Source of the DNA: Candidatus Vogelbacteria bacterium RIFOXYD1_FULL_46_19
Lineage (GTDB): Bacteria; Patescibacteriota; Minisyncoccia; Phycocordibacterales; XYD1-FULL-46-19
Direction: 5' to 3'
Length of the DNA: 64,000 nucleotides
NCBI GenBank assembly: GCA_001824825.1
Contig: MHTK01000005.1
Coordinates: 16,173 to 80,172 of the forward strand
Positions 41,786 through 54,099 of this stretch are shown here, one piece after another (the first letter of the stretch is position 1; every line of letters begins with the position of its first letter). The position numbers and the translations under genes are program-made. A model generated the notes under the pieces. The model was not told where the DNA came from. It saw nothing but the letters and a program-made list of their open reading frames with translations, and ran no database searches.

Positions 41786-43366
41786 ATGACTGATCTGTCT
41801 TCTATTCCCGTAGCACAACTTAATGGCAATCGGATTTCTTTCGACATTTTGAAATTTATTCCGGAAGACGCCGCTGGCTACTATAAATTTATCCCGCTTG
41901 ATTTTAAAGACGGGGTTCTTCAGGTGGGAATGGTGGATCCGGACAATATTGAAGCCCGCGATGCTTTGCAGTTTATCGCGTCCAAAAGTAATTTACCGTT
42001 TAAAATATTTTTAATCTCCGAAGAAAATTTTACCGAAGCTTTGAAAAGTTATGAAGCCTTAGGCGGGCAAGTAGATGAAGCCCTGGATGCCTTTGCGGCC
42101 GAGATTGAAGCCGACAAGAAAGACTCCACCGAGCTTTTAAAGGACGGTGAGCAGAAAGCTAGTAGCAAGACCCCGAACATTATTGAAGAAGCGCCGGTGA
42201 CCAAAATTGTGGGGGTTATTTTACAGCACGCTACTGAGGGTAATGCTTCCGACATCCATATCGAGCCCACCACCGAACAGGTTCGAGTCCGGTTTCGAGT
42301 GGACGGTGTTCTTTATACCAGTTTGTTTTTACCGAAAGCGGTGCAGGAGGCGGTGGTAGCCCGCATAAAAATTTTGACCAATATGAAATTGGATGAAAAG
42401 CGCAAACCGCAAGACGGCCGCTTTTCGGCCAAAATTGACGGCCGAAAGATCGATTTTCGCGTGTCGACTTTCCCGACCTACTTTGGTGAGAAGGTGGTGC
42501 TGCGTATTTTGGATCCGGACAAAAAGCTGATCTCGCTGGCTTCGGTGGGCTTTGTCGGCGAACAGCTTGCTCAAATAGATGCGGTGATTAAAAAGCCCCA
42601 CGGTCTCGTTCTTCTAACCGGTCCGACCGGCTCGGGTAAGACGACCACTTTATACGCTATGCTAAACGCTTTAGATAAGGAGCAGGCCAATGTGGTGTCT
42701 TTAGAGGACCCAATCGAGTACGACATTGCCGGCATTAATCAGTCGCAAGTTCAGGCGGATATTAATTACACTTTTGCTAGTGGTCTGCGTTCTATTTTAC
42801 GCCAAGATCCCGATATTATCATGGTGGGTGAAATTCGTGATAAAGAAACGGCGACACTTGCCATCCAAGCTTCTCTAACCGGCCACTTAGTGTTTTCCAC
42901 TATCCACACTAATAGCGCTATTGGGGTGGTGCCGCGCCTGATTGATATGGGAGTGGATCCATTTTTAATTCCGCCGACTTTAGTGATGGCTATTGGTCAA
43001 CGTTTGGTGCCGCTCTTGTGTCCGGAAGCTCGCAATCCGGTCCCGGTGGAAGGCAGTATTAAAATGATGATTGATAAGCAGTTATCGGATCTGCCGGAAA
43101 TATTCCGCCGCGAAATTATGATTCCAGATATGGTTTACGAGGCTAAGTCAACCGCCAGCTGCCCCTCGGGTACCAAAGGCCGAACGGCAGTCTTTGAGTT
43201 TATCACTATGGACCGTGACCTGGAGCACCTAATCTTAAAAAGCCCAAGTGAAGACGATATTTACAATCACGTGCGGGCCAAAGGTTTTACGTCGATGAAA
43301 GAAGACGCGATGCGCAAGGCTTTTGCTGGCCAAATTTCTTTCACTGAGGTTAATAAATTTAATTAA
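41786..43366 (+). CDS. pilB: Type IV pilus assembly ATPase PilB (GspE family)
   Basis: Walker A (VLLTGPTGSGKTTTLYAML), an Asp box, a His box, and an N-terminal GspII-like domain. Confidence 0.9.
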   Translation: MTDLSSIPVAQLNGNRISFDILKFIPEDAAGYYKFIPLDFKDGVLQVGMVDPDNIEARDALQFIASKSNLPFKIFLISEENFTEALKSYEALGGQVDEALDAFAAEIEADKKDSTELLKDGEQKASSKTPNIIEEAPVTKIVGVILQHATEGNASDIHIEPTTEQVRVRFRVDGVLYTSLFLPKAVQEAVVARIKILTNMKLDEKRKPQDGRFSAKIDGRKIDFRVSTFPTYFGEKVVLRILDPDKKLISLASVGFVGEQLAQIDAVIKKPHGLVLLTGPTGSGKTTTLYAMLNALDKEQANVVSLEDPIEYDIAGINQSQVQADINYTFASGLRSILRQDPDIIMVGEIRDKETATLAIQASLTGHLVFSTIHTNSAIGVVPRLIDMGVDPFLIPPTLVMAIGQRLVPLLCPEARNPVPVEGSIKMMIDKQLSDLPEIFRREIMIPDMVYEAKSTASCPSGTKGRTAVFEFITMDRDLEHLILKSPSEDDIYNHVRAKGFTSMKEDAMRKAFAGQISFTEVNKFN

Positions 43367-43595
43367 GCTAGAAAGATGGTGTTGAACGACAGATTGGTCG
43401 CTTGAACTGTGTGTAATTAACTAGCGACTGAGGCGGACTCATGCGATAATAAAAATAATTGGCATTAAATTGAAGTAATGGTTGCTGTTTTTACTTCGGT
43501 GACCACTTTCGGCTTAAAGTTTTGATAAGGACACAGCCTATCATCATCTTGACTCCTGCAGCAACTAGCTTAATAATCATCAATTTATTTAAAAA

Positions 43596-44660
43596 ATGGC
43601 TGAATACAAAAAACAATTAGACGACTTGGTACTGATTGTCACCAAAGAGGGTGCTTCTGACCTGCATATTACCGCGGGGATGCATCCGGTTATTCGGGTG
43701 GCGGGCGACCTGGTGCCCCTAGTGAACCAGTCGGTGCTTTCGGCCGACGATACGATGGGAATAGCGATGGAGCTTTTAAACGAGGCCAATAAAACTTTGT
43801 TTTTGAATAAAAAAGACGTTGACTTTTCCTACTCGCCCGATGGTCTAACCCGTTTCCGAGGCAATGCTTTTTTTCAGCGGGGCTTAGTGGGGGTGGCTCT
43901 CCGCCTTATTCCAACCCACGTCCAAACTTTAGCTGAGTTAAATCTTCCCGACATTTTGGCCGAGTTTACCCGCAAAGAACAGGGTTTTTTCTTGGTGGTG
44001 GGGCCGGTGGGTCAAGGTAAATCCACTACACTCGCAGCCATGGTGAATATGATCAACCAAGAGCGGGCCGAACATATTATTACCATTGAAGATCCGATCG
44101 AATACTTGTTTACCAATGAACGCTCTATTATCGACCAGCGTGAGGTGCGGTTTGATACCGACGATTTTCATTCCGCTTTGCAGTCGATGTTTCGCCAAGA
44201 TGTGAATGTGGGTATGATCGGGGAAATGCGTAATCCGGAAACCATTTCGACTGCGGTTACGGCGGCTGAAACCGGTCACTTGATTTTATCTACTTTGCAT
44301 ACCAACAGTGCCTCGCAAACCATCGACCGTATTATCGACTCCTTCCCACCCAATCAGCAAAGGCAAATTCGCATTCAGCTGGCCGGCTCCTTGATCGGGA
44401 TCTTTTCGCAGCGTCTGTTACCACGTGTTTCGGGCGGCTTAGTACCGGCTTATGAACTGCTGGTGGACAATAGCGCTGTCTCTAACCTGATTCGCGAAGG
44501 CCGAACGGCGGAAATAGATGTCTTGATTGAAACTGGTTCCGACCAGGGAATGATCGATTTAAACCGCTCTTTAGCCGAGCTAGTCCGCCAGGGAGAAATC
44601 ACCGCTGAAAGTGCCTATCGCTACAGTATGAATCCGAAAAGCCTTGATCGTTTGCTGTAA
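43596..44660 (+). CDS. pilT: Twitching motility / pilus retraction ATPase PilT
   Basis: Walker A (LVVGPVGQGKSTTLAAMVN) and a 354-aa PilT-size protein (…IITIEDPIEY…). Confidence 0.9.
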   Translation: MAEYKKQLDDLVLIVTKEGASDLHITAGMHPVIRVAGDLVPLVNQSVLSADDTMGIAMELLNEANKTLFLNKKDVDFSYSPDGLTRFRGNAFFQRGLVGVALRLIPTHVQTLAELNLPDILAEFTRKEQGFFLVVGPVGQGKSTTLAAMVNMINQERAEHIITIEDPIEYLFTNERSIIDQREVRFDTDDFHSALQSMFRQDVNVGMIGEMRNPETISTAVTAAETGHLILSTLHTNSASQTIDRIIDSFPPNQQRQIRIQLAGSLIGIFSQRLLPRVSGGLVPAYELLVDNSAVSNLIREGRTAEIDVLIETGSDQGMIDLNRSLAELVRQGEITAESAYRYSMNPKSLDRLL

Positions 44661-44677
44661 TATTTTTTTAAATCACT

Positions 44678-45886
44678 ATGCTTTTTAATTACGAAGCGAC
44701 CAATAAAATCGGCCAAGTCCAAGATGGCAGTATTGAAGCCTCTAATCTGGATACGGCGATTGTGGCCCTCCAGCGCCGAGGTTTGGTGGTCATTAGTATC
44801 GAAGAGGAGCGGCCGCCGGGCTTGTTTGGGGGGCGTTTTAACCTGGCTTTTAGCCGCGTGCGGTCGAGTGACGTAGTAATCTTGTCGCGTCAGATTGCGA
44901 CTTTGTTTGAAGCTAAAGTTTCTGTGATGTCGACTTTTCGCTTGATTGCCAGTGAAAGTCCGAACGCTATTCTGCAAAAGAAGCTGACGCAAGTGACTGA
45001 TGATATTAAAACCGGGGTGCCGATTTCGGCGGCACTGGCTCGCCATCCGGATGTTTTTTCCGACTTTTACGTTAGTATGGTGCGCTCGGGCGAGGAGTCG
45101 GGCAAGCTGTCGGAAACTTTCACTTATCTCGCTGATTATCTGGACCGGTCTTACGCTTTGGTCTCGAAAGCGCGCAATGCTCTCATCTATCCGGCCTTCG
45201 TCATTTTGTCTTTTATTGTGGTGATGATGCTGATGATGGTGTATGTCATTCCGCAACTGTCGGAAATTCTGGCTGAAACCGGCCAAGAATTACCTATTTA
45301 TACTAAAATTGTGGTGGGCTCCAGCCAGTTTATGGCTGACTATATTCTTTTGATGCTGGCCTTTCTCGTCGTCGTGGCCGCTTTTTTGGTGAAGTATTTA
45401 CCCACTACGGCTGGGCAAATGGCCTTGTCGCGATTTAAGCTGGCTATTCCTTATGTCGGTAGCTTATACCGCAAGCTATATTTGTCGCGGATTGCCGACA
45501 ACTTAAACACTCTCATCACTAGCGGCGTCTCGATGGTGCGGTCTCTCGAGATTACCTCCGAGGTGGTAGGTAATGAAGTGTATCGAGAAATTTTAGAGGA
45601 GACGGCTAACTTGGTGAAGTCGGGCAATGCTGTGTCGGCCGTCCTCTCGCGTTATGAAGAGGTGCCCAGCATTATGGTGCAGATGATCAAAGTGGGCGAG
45701 GAGTCGGGCAAGCTAACTTTCGTCTTGGGAACATTGTCTAAGTTCTACCAACGCGAAGTGGATAATGAGGTGGATACTCTGGTGGGCTTGATCGAGCCGG
45801 CGATGATCGTGCTTCTGGGTCTTGCCGTGGGTATTCTCCTAACCTCCGTTTTGGTGCCGATTTATGACGTGGCCGCCGGTTTCTAG
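44678..45886 (+). CDS. pilC: Type IV pilus platform protein PilC (GspF family)
   Basis: Two T2SS-F repeats, three TM helices, and a 402-aa length. Confidence 0.85.
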   Translation: MLFNYEATNKIGQVQDGSIEASNLDTAIVALQRRGLVVISIEEERPPGLFGGRFNLAFSRVRSSDVVILSRQIATLFEAKVSVMSTFRLIASESPNAILQKKLTQVTDDIKTGVPISAALARHPDVFSDFYVSMVRSGEESGKLSETFTYLADYLDRSYALVSKARNALIYPAFVILSFIVVMMLMMVYVIPQLSEILAETGQELPIYTKIVVGSSQFMADYILLMLAFLVVVAAFLVKYLPTTAGQMALSRFKLAIPYVGSLYRKLYLSRIADNLNTLITSGVSMVRSLEITSEVVGNEVYREILEETANLVKSGNAVSAVLSRYEEVPSIMVQMIKVGEESGKLTFVLGTLSKFYQREVDNEVDTLVGLIEPAMIVLLGLAVGILLTSVLVPIYDVAAGF

Positions 45887-46060
45887 TTCTAGTACGTTTA
45901 GGCTTCTCTTGAGAAGAGTCCTTAGAGAGTTATCCTCAAGTGATGATTGTGGCGGATGTTTGAGGTAGAGTATAATTAAAAGCATAAGCTTAAAGAGCAG
46001 GATTAGTCGTTATTATTATTTAATAGATATTGCGGCCAAAGTTTAGGTCGCCAAGAATTT

Positions 46061-46456
46061 ATGAAAAACAAAGGTTTTACCCTGATCGAACTGCTGGTGG
46101 TAATTGCTATCATTGGTATTTTGTCGGGGATTGTGATTACCGCCTTGTCGGGGGCACGAGATAAAGCAAGTGACGCTAAAATTAAAGCTACTTTGGCTGG
46201 ATTCCGCACTGCCGCCGAACTAGTTTATTCTGAGAGTGCAGCCCCAGGAAGTTATACGGGTGCTTGTACCGCCGGAAACGAATTTACCGGAGCTTATTTA
46301 GCTGATTTGTCGGTGAGCCAAGATTGTCAGGTCAATGGCTCAAGGTATTACATATCTGATGAATTAAATGATGAGACAATCTGGTGTGTTGATAGCAGTG
46401 GCTACTCAGGAGTTAAAAGTTCAGCCCCAGCTACGTCTCCTTGTACTAGCTTATAA
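46061..46456 (+). CDS. Type IV pilin (major pilin candidate 1)
   Basis: Prepilin leader and class III signal ([21 protein letters not shown]), followed by a C-terminal disulfide-containing globular domain. Confidence 0.85.
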   Translation: MKNKGFTLIELLVVIAIIGILSGIVITALSGARDKASDAKIKATLAGFRTAAELVYSESAAPGSYTGACTAGNEFTGAYLADLSVSQDCQVNGSRYYISDELNDETIWCVDSSGYSGVKSSAPATSPCTSL

Positions 46457-46496
46457 TCAGTAATAACGTTTGAGTATATACTGAAAAAGTAAATTC

Positions 46497-46540
46497 CATC
46501 CACCTAAAAACCCGCCAGCTGGCGGGTTTTTAGGTGGATG
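46497..46540 (+). terminator. Long perfect palindrome/terminator (ccatccacctaaaaacccgcc agct ggcgggtttttaggtggatgg)
   Basis: A 20-bp perfect stem with an internal U-tract, located after pilin 1. Confidence 0.7.
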
Positions 46541-46605
46541 GGGAGATTGGGCTCAAGAGCGATTGGTGTTATGCTTTAGTTAACTTAACTCACATCAATT
46601 AGACA

Positions 46606-47007
46606 ATGAAACATAATAAAGGCTTCACCTTGATCGAACTGCTGGTGGTAATTGCTATCATTGGGATCTTGGCCAGCATTGTTTTGGTAAGCTTATCCGG
46701 AGCCCGGGTGCGGGCGCGGGATGCTGGCATCCGAGCGGACCTGGCCGGTTCGCGCATTGGCGCCGAGCTTTTTTACTCCACCACTGGCGGCAACACCTAC
46801 TATGGCCTATGCTCTAGCTTGCAATTGGCACCATATCTGGCCGGTAAAGGCGCCCCTGGGGTGAATTATGTTTGTGAGAGTAATGAGCAAAGCTATGTTA
46901 TAGGGGTCGCTTTATCATCTGGTTACTTTTGTGTAGACTCGCGTCGGGTGGTGGGTGATTATCTAGGACCGTTACCTGCTACTTTCCCAGGGTTTGTGTG
47001 CCCATAA
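46606..47007 (+). CDS. Type IV pilin (major pilin candidate 2)
   Basis: [34 protein letters not shown]…, with Cys pairs near the C-terminus. Confidence 0.85.
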   Translation: MKHNKGFTLIELLVVIAIIGILASIVLVSLSGARVRARDAGIRADLAGSRIGAELFYSTTGGNTYYGLCSSLQLAPYLAGKGAPGVNYVCESNEQSYVIGVALSSGYFCVDSRRVVGDYLGPLPATFPGFVCP

Positions 47008-47133
47008 GGTGGCAGGCGATGACACTTCTGATTGCTTTTTCTTAAACTAATGGTTGTGTGGATAAAGGCGGTAAGTCCGACCTCCTTTTTAGTGTTATGA
47101 TTAAAGAAATAACTAATCTAATGACCCACTTTT

Positions 47134-48702
47134 ATGTTTAAAAAAATTGGCTTGGGGGTGGCCCTGGTGGCTTTGGTCGTTTTAGCTTCCGTTTGGACAG
47201 TGAAAACTATTCCGGCGACCGAGGCTCAAACCGGCGGGGCCGAGCTCACTGGCTGGCTGTGGAGTTCCAATATTGGCTGGGTCAGTTTAAATTGCAGTAA
47301 TACTAGCGTTTGTGCCACGCGAAATTTTAAAGTGGTAAAAAATACGGACGATACTTTGTCTGGCTATGGCTGGAGTTCTAATGTGGGCTGGGTGAAGTTT
47401 AATCCGGCTGGGCCCTATCCGACCGGCGGTGCGACTAGTGCTCATAGCGCCAAATTTGTGGGCAGTGACGTGAAAGGCTGGGTACGTTTTTGCGGGCCGC
47501 TGGCGGCTGGCTGTGACAGTACTCTCTTAGGGGACCAAATCAGAGGTGGGTGGGACGGCTGGGTGAGCCTGTCGGGTACTTCGGCCACCAGCGGGGCCTA
47601 TGGGGTAAAATTTGATTCCCTGACCAAGCGGTTTTCCGGCTTCAGTTGGGGAGACTTGGTAGTGGGCTGGGCGGATTTTAGTTTAGCCGCTTGCGCTAAT
47701 TGTGTTATCACTGGTGATCCGGTTTTAACTATTAATATCGTAGGACTGGGGCGAGTGACTGATATGGATACTGATGACATTATCTTAATAGACTGCGATG
47801 AGTCTGATACTCTTTGTACTCAAAGTTATCCTGATGGTTCTTCTATTCGTTTGCTGGCCTATCCAGCTCCCGGGGAACAGCTTTTAGATTGGGAATGGGC
47901 ACCAGCTGGTGATGCGGATCCTTCTTGTGGCATTTTTAATCCCACAACAGGGGGTATGTGTGGAGCCGTTTATATGGATCGAGATCGGACAGTGACGGTT
48001 ACTTTTTCAGACTCGACATTAGCTGACGATGAACATCAGCTTAGAGTTGTGGTTGTTGGTACTGGTACGGTCACGGGAAGTGGGTTTAACTGTACAACTA
48101 GTTGTGTAAATACTTTTTCCGCCGAAGAAGCTGTGACTCTAAACGCTGATCCATCTGCCACTTGGACTAGTAGTCTAAGTGGTTTGTGCGACGAGGCAGA
48201 CACTGATTGTAACTTTAATATGCCAGATCAGGACACTACTATTACAGTAGATTTTACTGGCGGGGTTACGACGCCGACTGACTTGTTCTCCTTCCACGAA
48301 TGTGTGCGAGTTGGTGGTGGTGATCGCTGTGTTATGACGATTAACTGCGACATTATTGCGGACTGTTTACATGAAGCAGTCTTTTCTAACGCGGCTCAAA
48401 TCGTACCAAATGATCCAGCTCAAGTTATAAATTACCAAGTATTTTTCCCAAGTTCGATTGCTAATGGTAGAGGGGCGGGTTTCCAGTTTAAGCAATGTGA
48501 TAGTGCCGACAGTGAATCTTGCCCAACTTTAGTGCCAACGTCGGGCATTACCGGCTCTTACTATCTGAAAGTTTTTAAACCGATTGGTTCAGGTCTTGAG
48601 AGTTTTGACACTCAAGTAGGGGTAAAGGCTACAGCGGCGGGAATCACTGATCAGAAAATTGCCACTTTCCGCTTTATCTTTACTGGTGGGGTTCAAGACT
48701 AA
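47134..48702 (+). CDS. Large secreted repeat protein encoded inside the pilus operon (candidate pilus-associated adhesin)
   Basis: A signal peptide, then three ~45-aa Trp-rich repeats (GWLWSSNIGWVSLN / GYGWSSNVGWVKFN / GFSWGDLVVGWADFS), then a Cys-rich C-terminal region. It lies between the pilins and pilD. Confidence 0.55.
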   Translation: MFKKIGLGVALVALVVLASVWTVKTIPATEAQTGGAELTGWLWSSNIGWVSLNCSNTSVCATRNFKVVKNTDDTLSGYGWSSNVGWVKFNPAGPYPTGGATSAHSAKFVGSDVKGWVRFCGPLAAGCDSTLLGDQIRGGWDGWVSLSGTSATSGAYGVKFDSLTKRFSGFSWGDLVVGWADFSLAACANCVITGDPVLTINIVGLGRVTDMDTDDIILIDCDESDTLCTQSYPDGSSIRLLAYPAPGEQLLDWEWAPAGDADPSCGIFNPTTGGMCGAVYMDRDRTVTVTFSDSTLADDEHQLRVVVVGTGTVTGSGFNCTTSCVNTFSAEEAVTLNADPSATWTSSLSGLCDEADTDCNFNMPDQDTTITVDFTGGVTTPTDLFSFHECVRVGGGDRCVMTINCDIIADCLHEAVFSNAAQIVPNDPAQVINYQVFFPSSIANGRGAGFQFKQCDSADSESCPTLVPTSGITGSYYLKVFKPIGSGLESFDTQVGVKATAAGITDQKIATFRFIFTGGVQD

Positions 48703-48721
48703 ATCCTATTAAAATTTATTA

Positions 48722-49540
48722 ATGATTCCTATTATCTATTTGGTTTCAATTGGGGCGGGTCTCATAGTTGGGAGCTTTTTAAACGTGGTTGTTTTGCGTT
48801 TCAACACTGGCTGGACTTTGCAAGGACGATCTCGTTGCTTGTCTTGCAGTCATCAGCTTAGCTGGCTAGAGTTGGTACCGGTAGTCAGCTTTCTGTGGCA
48901 GCGTGGTCACTGTCGCCACTGCGGTAGCCAGATTTCCTCGCAATACATAACCGTGGAGCTGGTAACAGCGCTGGTGTTTGGTTTCATTGCTTGGCGGGCC
49001 GTTACCGATATTGGCCTGGAGTGGTTTGAACTGGTTCGAACAGTGGTGTGGACTTGGGCAGTGGCTTCGACTTTGGTGGTAATTGCCGCTTATGATTTGA
49101 AACATAAAATTATTCCCGACCAGTTGGTGTACCTATTTATGGCCTTGTCGGCCCTATCGGGGTTTGTCTTAAATTTTGATTTCGGCATAGCGGAAATTGT
49201 GTGGCTAGTGCACGGCCTTTACTCGGGCGGACTACTATTCTTGGCTTTTTGGGCCTTGTGGTACTTTTCCGCTGGTCGCTTGATGGGCTTTGGTGATGCG
49301 AAGTTGGTGTTTGGCTTGGGACTATGGCTAGGTTTAAAGGACGCTTTGATTGGCGTGATGCTCGCTTTTATTCTAGGGGCGGTGGTGGGGCTGGGGCTGA
49401 TTGCCCTTAGGCGGTCCAAAAATTTACCCAAGGGCTGGCGCTTGTTGTCGCTTAAGAGTGAAATTCCGTTTGCGCCGTTTTTAGTAACCGGGGCTTTTAT
49501 TAGTTTCATTTTAAACTTAGGCGATGTTCTGGCTGGCTAA
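48722..49540 (+). CDS. pilD: Prepilin peptidase PilD (A24 family)
   Basis: An N-terminal CxxC…CxxC (CLSCSHQLSW…CRHCGSQI) and a polytopic membrane domain with catalytic Asp motifs. Confidence 0.85.
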   Translation: MIPIIYLVSIGAGLIVGSFLNVVVLRFNTGWTLQGRSRCLSCSHQLSWLELVPVVSFLWQRGHCRHCGSQISSQYITVELVTALVFGFIAWRAVTDIGLEWFELVRTVVWTWAVASTLVVIAAYDLKHKIIPDQLVYLFMALSALSGFVLNFDFGIAEIVWLVHGLYSGGLLFLAFWALWYFSAGRLMGFGDAKLVFGLGLWLGLKDALIGVMLAFILGAVVGLGLIALRRSKNLPKGWRLLSLKSEIPFAPFLVTGAFISFILNLGDVLAG

Positions 49541-50147
49541 ACAACAACTAAAGCAAGGGGGTTTCACTTTGCTGGAAATGGTGGTGGTGGTCACGATCGT
49601 GATGATTATCACCGGGGTGGTTATTTCTTATGTGCCGGCTTTCCGTGACCGCTCGGGACTTGATTTGGTGGCACAGGAAATTGCGGTGAATGTGCGGGGG
49701 GCTCAGGTATTTGCCTCGGGGGGCAAAACCTTGGCGAGTGGAGTCATCTTTCCTAACGAACGGCCTAGTTATGGTATTCATTTCGATAAAACTGCCAATA
49801 CTTTTTCTTTATTTGCTAATGTGACTGATACGGGTAGCGACCAGTATTTTAATGCAGAAGAAGGTGGCGACTTGGTTCAAGAGACGAGGGAACTGAGTGG
49901 TTTGGTGTTCGACAGTTTGTGTGTAAATCGGGGAACGAGCGAAGAGGATTGCAATGGGGTTGAACTTGATATTACTTATACCAGACCGAGCTTGCAGGCC
50001 GCTATTTGTATCCGTCAAACAGGGGGCGAGTGGGAGTGTCAAAATAAGGATAGTGCCACGATTTTAATCAGATCGCCTCGTTCACAACAAGCCAAAGCGA
50101 TAACCGCTTATTTTAATGGACAAATTGGAGTTGATAATGAAAACTAA
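49524..50147 (+). CDS. Minor pilin / pseudopilin (GspH/FimT-like)
   Basis: GFTLLEMVVVVTIVMIITGV is a class III signal sequence. The protein is 207 aa. Confidence 0.7.
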   Translation: MFWLAKQQLKQGGFTLLEMVVVVTIVMIITGVVISYVPAFRDRSGLDLVAQEIAVNVRGAQVFASGGKTLASGVIFPNERPSYGIHFDKTANTFSLFANVTDTGSDQYFNAEEGGDLVQETRELSGLVFDSLCVNRGTSEEDCNGVELDITYTRPSLQAAICIRQTGGEWECQNKDSATILIRSPRSQQAKAITAYFNGQIGVDNEN

Positions 50148-50685
50148 ATTTTTACATAAGAGGAAGACGGCCGCTGGTTTTACCCTGATTGAGATGATGG
50201 TAGCGGTTTCGATTTTTGCCATTGTCGCTATGATTACCAGTGGCTCGTTTATAATAATGGCGGACTTATACCGCAAGGTGCAAACCAACAGGGCGGTTAT
50301 TGATAACTTAAATTTAGCGATGGATACCATGGCGCTACAAATTAGGGAGGGTCGAAATTATGATTTTAGCTGTAACGGGGGGGTCAGCTGTATTGCTTTT
50401 GATGAGTTGTCTATTGAAACTAATCAGTTAACTACTAATCGACATTTATTTTATAAGTTAGAAGATAGCCGTTTAGTTCAATGTGTTGGAACAGCTAGTC
50501 CGGCCGATTGCCAAGCTTTAACATCGCCAGAAATTACAGTTGATGGTTTGGAATTTTTTAGGGATGACTCTTTAGAGGTACCTCGAGTTACGGTTGTTCT
50601 AAGTGGAGTGGCTACTAGTAAAGTTGGTTTGAGTTCAGATTTTTTACTCCAAACTACCTTATCCCAGCGTAATTATCCTCGTTAA
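50137..50685 (+). CDS. Minor pilin (PilW/GspJ-like)
   Basis: MKTKFLHKRKTAAGFTLIEMMVAVSIFAIV; GGAG sits 9 nt upstream. Confidence 0.7.
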   Translation: MKTKFLHKRKTAAGFTLIEMMVAVSIFAIVAMITSGSFIIMADLYRKVQTNRAVIDNLNLAMDTMALQIREGRNYDFSCNGGVSCIAFDELSIETNQLTTNRHLFYKLEDSRLVQCVGTASPADCQALTSPEITVDGLEFFRDDSLEVPRVTVVLSGVATSKVGLSSDFLLQTTLSQRNYPR

Positions 50686-50688
50686 ATA

Positions 50689-51237
50689 ATGTCTCAGTCT
50701 AATTTACAATCAGGTTTTACTTTAATAGAAACGTTTGTGGCGGTTCTGATACTAGTGTTTGCTGTTATTGGACCACTCGGGCTCTTGTCGCGAGCTATTA
50801 ATGACGGCAATTACGCTAAAAATCAGGTCACAGCTTATTATTTGGCCCAAGAGGCGACGGAATTGATTATTAATCAACGTGATCAAAATTTAGCAGCGTC
50901 TGTTGACTGGCTAAATGATTTAGGGAATTGTGTGGGGGACGACTGTCAAATTGGATTAGATTTGAATCAACAACTAGATATTAGATCTTGTGATATTGAA
51001 GCTACTATAAGCAACTGCCTCTTATACATACAAGACGACCTTGGTCAGCAGCCATACTATACCCACACTAATACTGGCCGACCTGCCATTTTTAGGCGAA
51101 CAGCGACTATTAACGAGGACGAGGATTCAGCTTCCATTACCGTTAAGGTAGTGTGGGTAAATAAAACTAATCCGGTTGAGCTGGAACTAACTACTATAAT
51201 TTACAATCAAGGTATTCGAACGGTACCAACCCCTTAA
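50689..51237 (+). CDS. Minor pilin (PilV/GspI-like)
   Basis: MSQSNLQSGFTLIETFVAVLILVFAVIG. Confidence 0.7.
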   Translation: MSQSNLQSGFTLIETFVAVLILVFAVIGPLGLLSRAINDGNYAKNQVTAYYLAQEATELIINQRDQNLAASVDWLNDLGNCVGDDCQIGLDLNQQLDIRSCDIEATISNCLLYIQDDLGQQPYYTHTNTGRPAIFRRTATINEDEDSASITVKVVWVNKTNPVELELTTIIYNQGIRTVPTP

Positions 51238-51249
51238 CTAAAAAATTTA

Positions 51250-51747
51250 ATGACCACCATTAGAAAAAAACAATCAGGCTTTGTCATTCTTTACGCCGTT
51301 TTAGTGGCTGGGGTGATTTCTATCGGAGGTATCTTACTAGCCAATATTATTGTTAAACAGCTGATGTTGTCATCGGTGGGTAAGGAATCACGGTTGGCCT
51401 ATTACGCCGCTAATGCTGGTGATGAATGTGCTCGTTTTGGTAACGCTCAATACGCTTTTGGTGGATTTCAAGTTGATTTGAATGATGATTTGGTCTATGA
51501 GCAAGGTGATATTGGCTTGTTGACTTGCGGGACGGCGGTTAGTGGCCCTACAAATGTGGCCCCAGGGGTTATAGGTTTTGAATTTGAAGTCGAGTCAGTA
51601 GGTGGAAACCAAGGGGCGACCGTCAGAGCTCTTTTGTCTGAAAGTAATCCACTAGTAGTTGAGGCAACAGGTTATAATATTAAAGATCCTAAACACCCGC
51701 GCCGGGTGGAAATAGTAATTGTTCGGTCTAGCAGCAGCGGGGACTAG
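51250..51747 (+). CDS. PilX-like minor pilin/pilus assembly protein
   Basis: The N-terminus …KQSGFVILYAVLVAGVISIGGILLA is PilX_N-like rather than a canonical prepilin signal. Confidence 0.55.
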   Translation: MTTIRKKQSGFVILYAVLVAGVISIGGILLANIIVKQLMLSSVGKESRLAYYAANAGDECARFGNAQYAFGGFQVDLNDDLVYEQGDIGLLTCGTAVSGPTNVAPGVIGFEFEVESVGGNQGATVRALLSESNPLVVEATGYNIKDPKHPRRVEIVIVRSSSSGD

Positions 51748-51773
51748 TTTGCACCGCTGGTTAATTCATTTAA

Positions 51774-53771
<1,998 letters not shown>

Positions 53772-53795
53772 GAGGGCTGATGCTATCATAGATTT

Positions 53796-54095
53796 ATGAT
53801 TGGTGAACATGAAGTGCAAATTTTAGCAGAGCTGTCGCGACTGTCTTTAACCGAGGCCGAAACCGGTGCTTTACAGCGGGATCTGGATTCCATTTTAAAT
53901 TATATTTCGCAACTTGATGAAGTGGCGGCCGAGACACCTGTTCACCAGGATTTAAACTTGGTAAAAAACGTGTTGAGGGAGGACGTGGAGCCTCATCCTG
54001 CCGGCCTCTACACCGATCGCTTACTGGAGGCGGCCCCAGCTACCGAAAATGAAATGGTGGCGGTTAAAAAGATTTTAGATAATCCCTCGGCTTAG
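53796..54095 (+). CDS. gatC: Asp/Glu-tRNA(Asn/Gln) amidotransferase subunit C
   Basis: A 99-aa protein (…LSLTEAETGALQRDLDSILNYISQLDEV…) immediately upstream of gatA. Confidence 0.8.
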   Translation: MIGEHEVQILAELSRLSLTEAETGALQRDLDSILNYISQLDEVAAETPVHQDLNLVKNVLREDVEPHPAGLYTDRLLEAAPATENEMVAVKKILDNPSA

Positions 54096-54099
54096 TTAT

